23,365 nucleotides of DNA. Origin: an uncultured Opitutales bacterium. GTDB lineage: Bacteria > Verrucomicrobiota > Verrucomicrobiia > Opitutales > UBA9783. Positions 8,709-15,926 of this stretch are shown in pieces. The notes beneath the pieces were generated by a model. That model ran no database searches and had not been told where the DNA came from. It worked only from the letters and a program-made list of their open reading frames with translations. Each line of letters opens with the position of its first letter. Within the stretch, counting starts at the first letter, position 1. The stretch covers positions 6,814 through 30,178 of the forward strand of contig CAZDSI010000001.1 of the NCBI GenBank assembly GCA_964508215.1, given 5' to 3'. A program made the position numbers and the translations under genes.

Positions 8709-9836
8709 TTAAAACCCAGAGCAAAAGTCCGAAAAGTCGGTTTTAGAGGGTTTTTTACAAAGTAATTCTATATCGCTGACCATGAATTCGGCGGCGTCAT
8801 AACGTTTAAGCTGCTTTAAATTGTAACGCATTTGCGACAATAACTCAGAATTTGAAAGCATTTTTAAGGCTTCTTGAGTGAGTGTTTTTATATCTTTTTG
8901 TGGCAAAACTACGCATCCTCCTCGCTTTTCTAGGGAGAGCGCATTGGCGTATTGGTGGTTATCGGCAGCGCTTGGGTAAGGGACTAAAATAGAGGGAGTT
9001 TCGCATTGAATCAATTCGGCGATTGTTCCAGCACCGGAACGACCAATTACAATATCAGCGGCACAAAAAAGTTCGTTCATTCGACTGTAAAATGGAATGA
9101 AATGAACCTGTGTGATTGTACCATTGGGATGCTTTTCTTCGATTTTTCCTTCGCTACCTTTGCCGATACCGGTAACACATAGGACATTGATTCCGATTTT
9201 TCCCAGTTCTTCAAAATTCTCAATAACCCATTGATTAAAAACCTTTGCCCCTTGGCTACCACCGATAACCAGGATTACCGGCTGATTTGGAGCTAAACGA
9301 AGCTTTTGGCGTGCCTCGGACTGTAAGATTTTTTGAACTTCTTTTCGGATAGGGAATCCGCAGTGTTTAACTTTATTGGTTTTTCTCGATTTGAATTCTA
9401 CACCTTCGGGTAGGTAAACCCGTGTGGCGATCGAATGCAAAAGCCGAACGGCTTTCCCTGGAATGTGGTTTGCTTCGTGAAGAATACATGGCCGGCTCAG
9501 TAAGAAGCCGGCGAAAACAATACCGGTTGTTAAAAAACCGCCAAATCCAATAATCGCTTCGGCCTTTGTTTCTTTTATAAGTTTTAAAGCTTTTGTAAAA
9601 TTTTGGATCTGGTGAAGAATAAAGGATGGCCACCGCCAAGGCCTTAATGAAAAGCCTATTCCGGGAAACTTGAAGAACTCAAGGTCCGGATAGGATTGAA
9701 TTAACTTTTCATCGATTTGTTTTTGGCTAACAATTAGAATGCATTTATGGCCGCGTAGCGTTAATTCTTGTGCGGTTGCAATTCCCGGTGAAAGATGGCC
9801 TCCGGTCCCGCCGCAGGCTATTATAAATGTGCTCAT
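8709..9836 (-). CDS. murG: Undecaprenyldiphospho-muramoylpentapeptide beta-N-acetylglucosaminyltransferase
   Basis: 375-aa ORF with N-terminal IACGGTGGHLSPGIA, GGSQGA and the C-terminal GT28 domain. ATGA overlap with the ftsW stop (9833-9836). Confidence 0.9.
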   Translation of the reverse strand: MSTFIIACGGTGGHLSPGIATAQELTLRGHKCILIVSQKQIDEKLIQSYPDLEFFKFPGIGFSLRPWRWPSFILHQIQNFTKALKLIKETKAEAIIGFGGFLTTGIVFAGFLLSRPCILHEANHIPGKAVRLLHSIATRVYLPEGVEFKSRKTNKVKHCGFPIRKEVQKILQSEARQKLRLAPNQPVILVIGGSQGAKVFNQWVIENFEELGKIGINVLCVTGIGKGSEGKIEEKHPNGTITQVHFIPFYSRMNELFCAADIVIGRSGAGTIAELIQCETPSILVPYPSAADNHQYANALSLEKRGGCVVLPQKDIKTLTQEALKMLSNSELLSQMRYNLKQLKRYDAAEFMVSDIELLCKKPSKTDFSDFCSGF

Positions 9837-10939
9837 AGGTCACGTTGTGCAAGCGAAGGTAATATGCGTGAGTTTGCTAAAGCGATATTTGTTAATAAAC
9901 CCACAAGGCAAAAATTTGTGAACAGATTTGAGCCGCCATAGCTGATAAAAGGCAAAGAAAGTCCTTTGGTCGGCAGCAGGCCTGTAACAACACCCATATT
10001 TAAAAAAGCTTGAAAGGTTAAAAAAGCGAGAGCACCCGAAGCAACAAAAAACAAAAATGGTGAAGCCGTTTTTTGAATAATTTTTAACCCGTTATAGGCA
10101 AGGATGGCAAAGCACAAGATTACGATAAAAACGTGAATTAATCCAAGTTCTTCCCCCAGAATAGAAAAAATAAAATCTGTATGCGCTTCCGGCAAAAAGA
10201 AATGTTGTTGTCGACCCTGCCCGAGTCCTGTTCCGGTTAATCCTCCCGTACAGAAGCCAATTAATCCTTGCCATAATTGGTAAGCGCCAGTTAACCGATT
10301 GGCTTCGACGTCTAAAAATGCAGTGATCCGTCTTAGGCGTATAGGATCAAGATAGACAGCGATGGCGAAAAGCGTTCCCGCGCTTAGAAAAGTTGGTATC
10401 AGAAAGAGGAATCGAACGCCGTTTAAAAAGAGTAAAAATAAGCCTACAATTCCAAACAGGAATGCGGTACCAAAGTCTGGTTCAACAAGAACCAGTAAAC
10501 AAAAAATACCGATAATACCGCAGGGTAATACAAATCCTTTTAAAAACGTGCGAGCCGCCGTTTGATAACGGCTAAGATAATAGGCTAACGTAAGTATATA
10601 GCCTAACTTGGCAGGTTCGGAGGCTTGAACGCGTAACGGACCAAAGTTTAGCCAACGTCGCGTACCATTAATACGCAGACCAAAAACCAGCACACTGATA
10701 AGAATGATAAGTGTTAGTATGCAAATGCCCCACGCATAAGGTGTCAGCTTTTCAAGCCGAATAAAAGTAATAAATAAGAAGCCAAAGAATGCAATTCCCA
10801 ACCATATAAGCTGCTTACTAAAAAATTGCAAGTGATGCTCAAATGGTTGGGTCGCACTAAATAAAATTACAAGCCCGTAAAAGGTTAGCGCCAAACTTCC
10901 AACCAAAAGGGCAAAGATGTTTGGACGCAAATTTGTCAT
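9833..10939 (-). CDS. ftsW: SEDS-family peptidoglycan glycosyltransferase FtsW
   Basis: 368-aa polytopic membrane ORF with SEDS-like motifs (VQASEPAKL, PEAHTDFIFS, LPFISYGGS), positioned between murD/LysM and murG. Confidence 0.85.
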   Translation of the reverse strand: MTNLRPNIFALLVGSLALTFYGLVILFSATQPFEHHLQFFSKQLIWLGIAFFGFLFITFIRLEKLTPYAWGICILTLIILISVLVFGLRINGTRRWLNFGPLRVQASEPAKLGYILTLAYYLSRYQTAARTFLKGFVLPCGIIGIFCLLVLVEPDFGTAFLFGIVGLFLLFLNGVRFLFLIPTFLSAGTLFAIAVYLDPIRLRRITAFLDVEANRLTGAYQLWQGLIGFCTGGLTGTGLGQGRQQHFFLPEAHTDFIFSILGEELGLIHVFIVILCFAILAYNGLKIIQKTASPFLFFVASGALAFLTFQAFLNMGVVTGLLPTKGLSLPFISYGGSNLFTNFCLVGLLTNIALANSRILPSLAQRDL

Positions 10940-10941
10940 TT

Positions 10942-12096
10942 TTAGGCTTCTTCTTCGATGGGCACAACTGGAATTGCGTTTGTGTCTTCGAATAGGTTTT
11001 CTACGTTATTTTCGGGGGTTGGTTCGGTCGTTGCCTTGTCGCTAGCTGGCTCAGAAGTTGAAGATTTTTCTTCGGTCGTTGTTGTTTCTGGGCTGACTTT
11101 TACTTCGGAAGCTGTTGGAGTCTCAACTACAGATGGAGACGATGTTGTGGTTTCAGCCGGTTTTACTTCTGGAACCGTCGGCGTCATTTCGACTGTCGTC
11201 GTTGGAGTTGTTTCGGCTTTTAATTTTAGCTTTTGTCCTATACGAAGCGCACGTGGATTCGAAATTTGGTTAATGTCGGTAAGTTTCTGAAGATTTACGC
11301 CTGTCTTTTTAGCTATTTTAGCTAGTGTATCGCCTTTTTGAACGGTGTATTCATCGCCACCGGTCCATGGTGTTGAAATCTGTTCAGCTTTATGCAATGA
11401 AGTATGTTTGTTTCCGCGAGAATGTTTATGATGTGCAATCGCATTTTCTGAAACACCTGGGAGCGTAAGCACTTGTTTTTCCATGATTTTATCGTTCGAA
11501 AGACCGTTAGCGTGCTTAATTTGGTCAACCGATACTTTAAACTTTTTTGCAATAACCGACAGTGTGTCCCCTTTTTGTACAGTATATTTACTGCCTTCGT
11601 GTGAAGAATGTAATTCAAAGCTCGGTATTGAAGTACCGGGAATCCTTAGGGTTTGTCCGGGAACCAGCACACTTTTATCGGACAGCTGATTGGCTTCCAA
11701 AAGATCTCTCGTTTTTACACCATGTTGACGTGCAATCTTCCATAGTGTATCACCTTTCTGTACAAGATAGGCGTTTTCACCGGTGGATTGAGAAAAGGAA
11801 GGAATGCCTTGGAACGTTTCTTGAGGCGGTAAGGCTGGAGCCGTTGTGATTGGTCGTCGTGGGGTAGTACGTTGTCTTACCGAAGGTGTTGCGACGGTTG
11901 TTGCTACACTGCCATTCTCTTCTGGAGTGACTGGAGATTTCTGATCATTTGTGCTGCTTGTTCCTACCACCGCTGTATTTTGTGTGGTATCTTGCTTTTG
12001 GCTAAACCAGTTTTTGCATCCTGTGGGCAGCAAAAGCGAAGTAACCATTAACGACCGTGTAAGAAATGGTTTCGAAAAAGACTTAAATAATTTCAT
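10942..12096 (-). CDS. Secreted or lipid-anchored protein with three LysM repeats and a long Thr/Pro/Glu-rich tail; no catalytic domain recognised
   Basis: The signal-like N-terminus ends in LLLPTGC (non-canonical lipobox, Cys27). Three Y[LT]VQKGDTL..IA... LysM modules lie at aa 110-153, 171-213 and 250-293 (nt 11638-11769, 11458-11586, 11218-11349). aa 294-384 are low-complexity T/P/E/S. Spacing to the ftsW start is 2 nt and to the murD stop is 10 nt. Confidence 0.85.
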   Translation of the reverse strand: MKLFKSFSKPFLTRSLMVTSLLLPTGCKNWFSQKQDTTQNTAVVGTSSTNDQKSPVTPEENGSVATTVATPSVRQRTTPRRPITTAPALPPQETFQGIPSFSQSTGENAYLVQKGDTLWKIARQHGVKTRDLLEANQLSDKSVLVPGQTLRIPGTSIPSFELHSSHEGSKYTVQKGDTLSVIAKKFKVSVDQIKHANGLSNDKIMEKQVLTLPGVSENAIAHHKHSRGNKHTSLHKAEQISTPWTGGDEYTVQKGDTLAKIAKKTGVNLQKLTDINQISNPRALRIGQKLKLKAETTPTTTVEMTPTVPEVKPAETTTSSPSVVETPTASEVKVSPETTTTEEKSSTSEPASDKATTEPTPENNVENLFEDTNAIPVVPIEEEA

Positions 12097-12106
12097 AGGA
12101 ATTGAA

Positions 12107-13429
12107 TTATGACTTTCTTTCTAACGATTCTGTTTTATTCTTCAACCTTAAAACCGTGTTTTCAAATAATTGACCTCTCTCGGCATAGTTTTTAAATTGG
12201 TCCCAGCTGGCAAATCCTGGACATAGCAGGATTTCTACTGTATCGTTTAGATATCTTTCGCATATTTCGATAGTGTGTGAAAGTGTTTCAAGATACTGTA
12301 TATCGTTTATAGTAAGTCTTGCTTTTAATATTCCTTCGAGTGATTTACCGGTTTCGCCAATTAAAAGTATGGCCCGAATATTGGGATAATTTTGTAATAG
12401 AGTTGCGTAATCCTCAAGAGCTTCTCCTTTGGATTGGCCACCACCAATCCAAATAATGGGACGTTGCCCAAAACTTTTTAAAGCTTTTTCCAAAGAATCC
12501 AAATTGGTTCCCTTTGAATCGTTCCAAAAGCGTGCTTTATTGATGGTTGCAAAAATTTTTAAACGATGTGGCGGGGGTGTAAAAATTGATAAGGATTTTT
12601 CCAAAATTTGTAAGTCGTATTTTTCGGTTTCCCAGAATAATTTTAGCAATTGGAAGTTTTCTTGCTGAGCTATACTGAACAATAAATGCTCTGATGGGTA
12701 AGAAAAAACTTCGGTATAGGAAGGTAAAATTTTGTATTGAGGTTTGATAGGAAATCCAAATTGCTCAAAGGCTTTTGCGGCTGAGCTTCCCAAATAGATG
12801 TTTGTCTTTGTGCTCGTTGGATGTGTTTGGGTTTTTTCGACAAGGCGGTATTTGGCTTTAAAGTACGGCTTTAGTGAACGATGGAAACGCAGGTGGTCGG
12901 GCCTGAAATTTGTCCATAACAGTTTCCAGGGTTGAAGATAGCGTAGTGTACAGGCTTGGTAAGAGCTTATTTCGCAAACCGCAATGTTGTTTTCGTTGGC
13001 ATTTTGCTCGACGAGTTCTGAAAAGGCATAGCCATTGTTTCCGGTAGCAAAGGCTTTTTGCCCCAAAAGGTTGAACAAGCAAGCCAGCCATTCGGTCGTA
13101 GAAGTTTTTCCGTTGGTTCCGGTAACCGCGATAATTTTGCCAGGCCAAAAAATTGAAGCGAAATCAAGTTCGTTAAGGCACGGAATCTGACTTCGATAGG
13201 CCAATTTTAGCCAGGGATGGTAAGGTGCAAAACCGGGACTATGGACAACAAGCGAAAAGTTTTTAGCTTTTTCGAGGGTAAACAGTTCTTCGGATTGGTC
13301 AAAAACCTCAAAGGTGAAGTTTAGTGATTTTAAGAGCTTTTGCAGCCCTTTCCCGGCTACACCGTTACCAAAAACGGCAATTTTTTTTGCATTTAATTTT
13401 AGCCAGAACGATCTATTTAAAGTTTGCAT
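12107..13429 (-). CDS. murD: UDP-N-acetylmuramoylalanine--D-glutamate ligase
   Basis: 440-aa ORF with an N-terminal Rossmann-like VFGNGVAGKG, the Mur-ligase P-loop AVTGTNGKTSTTEW, and a position after mraY. Confidence 0.9.
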   Translation of the reverse strand: MQTLNRSFWLKLNAKKIAVFGNGVAGKGLQKLLKSLNFTFEVFDQSEELFTLEKAKNFSLVVHSPGFAPYHPWLKLAYRSQIPCLNELDFASIFWPGKIIAVTGTNGKTSTTEWLACLFNLLGQKAFATGNNGYAFSELVEQNANENNIAVCEISSYQACTLRYLQPWKLLWTNFRPDHLRFHRSLKPYFKAKYRLVEKTQTHPTSTKTNIYLGSSAAKAFEQFGFPIKPQYKILPSYTEVFSYPSEHLLFSIAQQENFQLLKLFWETEKYDLQILEKSLSIFTPPPHRLKIFATINKARFWNDSKGTNLDSLEKALKSFGQRPIIWIGGGQSKGEALEDYATLLQNYPNIRAILLIGETGKSLEGILKARLTINDIQYLETLSHTIEICERYLNDTVEILLCPGFASWDQFKNYAERGQLFENTVLRLKNKTESLERKS

Positions 13430-13462
13430 AGCAAATTAAGTTTGGTGAGTTGTTTACCGCAC

Positions 13463-14566
13463 TTAACGTAGTTTTAGCGTCAACAAACCGGCCAAAGCGC
13501 ACAGAAGCGAAATAATCCAGAAACGCACAATAATTTTTGCTTCATGTATATTTTTTAGCTCAAAATGGTGATGCAAGGGGCTCATTTTGAAGATGCGTTT
13601 TTTGAAAAGTTTGTATGAACCAACTTGCAAGATAACGGACAAAGCTTCTAGCACAAATACGAGTCCTACAATGACCAATGTAAAAGGCTGTTGAGTCATC
13701 AAGGCTACGCTCCCAATCCAAGCCCCCAAAGTCAATGAACCGGTATCGCCCATGAAAATTTGTGCAGGATATGCATTATACCATAAAAACCCGAGTGAGG
13801 CACCGACGATGCTTCCGCATAAAATACATAGCTCCTCTACTCCAGGTAAATAGCAGAGGTTAAGATAACCGCTTAAATTTATATTACCGGCAAGATAAGC
13901 AAATATGGCATAAGTTAAGGCAACCGTTGTTGTACAACCGATGGCTAGACCATCAATGCCATCGGTTAGATTGAGTGCATTGCTGGTGCCCGACAAGACA
14001 CAAAACCATAGAAAAAATAGCAACAGGAATGGTAAGCTTGTTACCAACGGTTGCTTCATAAAAGGCAGCCAGAGTTCCGATATTTTTAAACTAATTAAAG
14101 GATTTTTTAAAAGGATGTAGAGAAGTAGGATTGTACTTAGTCCTTGAATGAGCCATTTCCACGGGCTTGAAAGACCTTTGGCATTTTTACGTCGACGGAT
14201 TTTTTGATAATCGTCAATAAATCCAATAACTCCGATTAACCATCCGCTTAAAAGGGCCCCCACAATAAAAGAATTTAATTTTCCCCAAAGTAACACGGAA
14301 AGAGAGACGCCGGTTACAATGGCTATGCCGCCCATTGTTGGTGTTTGGCTTTTTACGGCATGCAAGTCGGCAAGGCCGCGAAGGTCCGAAGCATCGCGTA
14401 AAACGTCTTTAATTTTCATGCGTTTCAGCCATTCAAAAATGCGCGGCCCAACGATAAACATCCATAAGAGCGCTGTGATAATAGCCATTACGCTTCGAAA
14501 TGTTACGTATCGAAACAGACGTAAAGGACCCCAATAGGCTTCAAATTGTGATAAATAAAAAAGCAT
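13463..14566 (-). CDS. mraY: Phospho-N-acetylmuramoyl-pentapeptide transferase
   Basis: Polytopic ORF with DDYQKI, NLTDGIDGLA, MGDTGSL and SPLHHHFE motifs. I place the start at ATG 14566 (MLFYLSQFEAYWGPLRLFRYVTFRS...). The ORF-track start at 14668 would overlap tRNA-Pro. Confidence 0.9.
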   Translation of the reverse strand: MLFYLSQFEAYWGPLRLFRYVTFRSVMAIITALLWMFIVGPRIFEWLKRMKIKDVLRDASDLRGLADLHAVKSQTPTMGGIAIVTGVSLSVLLWGKLNSFIVGALLSGWLIGVIGFIDDYQKIRRRKNAKGLSSPWKWLIQGLSTILLLYILLKNPLISLKISELWLPFMKQPLVTSLPFLLLFFLWFCVLSGTSNALNLTDGIDGLAIGCTTTVALTYAIFAYLAGNINLSGYLNLCYLPGVEELCILCGSIVGASLGFLWYNAYPAQIFMGDTGSLTLGAWIGSVALMTQQPFTLVIVGLVFVLEALSVILQVGSYKLFKKRIFKMSPLHHHFELKNIHEAKIIVRFWIISLLCALAGLLTLKLR

Positions 14567-14622
14567 ATGAGTGTAACAACAAAATCGATGAGTTAATACC
14601 TGAAAAAATTGGCTAAGAAAAA

Positions 14623-14699
14623 ATGGTCGGGTCAGGGAGATTCGAACTCCCGACCCCTTGCACCCCATGCAAGTGCGCTACCAGACTGCGCTATGACCC
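14623..14699 (-). tRNA. tRNA-Pro, anticodon GGG
   Basis: The reverse complement folds by hand into a full cloverleaf: CGGGTCA-TA-GCGC-AGTCTGGTA-GCGC-A-CTTGC-ATGGGGT-GCAAG-GGGTC-GGGAG-TTCGAAT-CTCCC-TGACCCG-A-CCA (77 nt, encoded CCA, G37). Confidence 0.92.
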
Positions 14700-14961
14700 G
14701 ATTTAATTTCACGCTAATACATTGATATCGTTCGTCAAGCACTTCGGGATTATTTTTGTCTTCGTACTTGCCTGTCCCTACCTTGCGGTTTGGCCCAAGA
14801 AGGTTTTATAAATTTTCTGGTGAAGCATTTTCTACCAATTAGTAATTTATTCTCATTCTTTAGCATTAAAAGTTGAGAAATTGGGGGGCCCAAAATAATT
14901 GCCTTCTAACACGGAATTGAGTAAGTTCCCATTTTTGTTTTAGAAGCACAAAAGGAGAAAC

Positions 14962-15555
14962 ATGCCAACTTATTACGAGATTTGTCAGATGCCTTTTTGG
15001 AAAGCTGTATTCGAAAAGGAATACTCATACCTTTATAAGGCGCTTGCAGGATATAAGAAAATACTTTCCGTAGGTTGTGGCCCGGCTGTAATTGAACAAA
15101 GACTGGCAGAACATGGTTTTGAGGTTACTGGTCTAGATATATCCCAGGAAGCAATCAACAATGCGCCGGATTCAATCAGAAAAATTGTTGGAACAGCCGA
15201 AATGATGGATTTTACAGATTCAAGTTTTGATGCTGTAATTTATGTGGCGTCGCTACAGTTTATTGATAATTACAGAAAAGCGCTGTCTGAAGCCACGAGA
15301 GTCTTGGTAAAAAAAGGAAAACTAATTGTGATGCTGTTAAATACGGAATCCTTTTATTTTAGAGAGCACATGAAAGATTCTGAGTCTTATATTCGGAAAA
15401 TAAAACACAAAAACTTGCATTTTGTAGGCAATTTGGTTGCCGAAGATTTTGAGGTAAGCTCAGAGTTTTATATGGGTGTTATTGGTGAAAACATATTTGA
15501 AAGTAACGACCCTACGTTATCAAGCCTTTATATCATCAATGGAATAAAAAGGTAA
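14962..15555 (+). CDS. Class I SAM-dependent methyltransferase (Methyltransf_11-like)
   Basis: 197-aa ORF with motif I ILSVGCGPA, an acidic post-I residue (TGLDIS) and VLVKKGKLIV. A good SD (AAAGGAGAAAC) lies just before the ATG. The substrate is not inferable. Confidence 0.8.
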   Translation: MPTYYEICQMPFWKAVFEKEYSYLYKALAGYKKILSVGCGPAVIEQRLAEHGFEVTGLDISQEAINNAPDSIRKIVGTAEMMDFTDSSFDAVIYVASLQFIDNYRKALSEATRVLVKKGKLIVMLLNTESFYFREHMKDSESYIRKIKHKNLHFVGNLVAEDFEVSSEFYMGVIGENIFESNDPTLSSLYIINGIKR

Positions 15556-15926
15556 CCAGTCGGTAAGTCTTGAAAGAATTGACAAAGAAGGAGGAGACAA
15601 AGGAATAAAATAATTACAAGTGTATTCTTTCAGTTGAGAACGAGAACCTTTTTCAAGAAAATTTCTAAGCTAACGAATTGGGAGAAGGCGGCTTACTTTA
15701 TTACGACCGAGCGTCCCGGTTGTTATTTCTGGTATTGGACAAAAAGTTATTTGGCTGCCCAAGGAAAATTGTTTGTTGGGACGCTCGACCGTCGAAGAGT
15801 TTTTAGCACATTGATAATGTGCCTTATAAGTAGTGACTTATGAACACCTGCTTTGGTTGTGAAAGCTAAACCAATTTTCGTGGTAAACGGCGATATCTAT
15901 ATTGAGCTGTAGAGCCGAAAGAAATA

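Noticed and set aside
10958-11290. 110-aa plus-strand ORF antisense to the LysM gene
   Set aside because: It is the mirror image of the Thr/Pro/Glu low-complexity tail, giving a Val/Gly/Ser-rich product, which is typical of a spurious antisense ORF.
13463-14668. The 401-aa version of the mraY ORF from the track
   Set aside because: Its first 34 codons overlap tRNA-Pro (14623-14699) read in antisense and have no MraY similarity. The internal ATG at 14566 gives a normal MraY N-terminus.
15634-15843. 69-aa TTG-initiated ORF as a real gene
   Set aside because: It has no SD, a non-ATG start and no recognisable domain, and it sits in a region where other frames look like gene remnants. It is kept only as a low-interest finding.
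14700-15926. A tRNA-Pro-associated genomic islet carrying the methyltransferase
   Set aside because: The segment lies on the 5' side of the tRNA, whereas islands usually integrate at the 3' end. There is no integrase and no direct repeat of the tRNA end. I could see no obvious compositional shift by eye.
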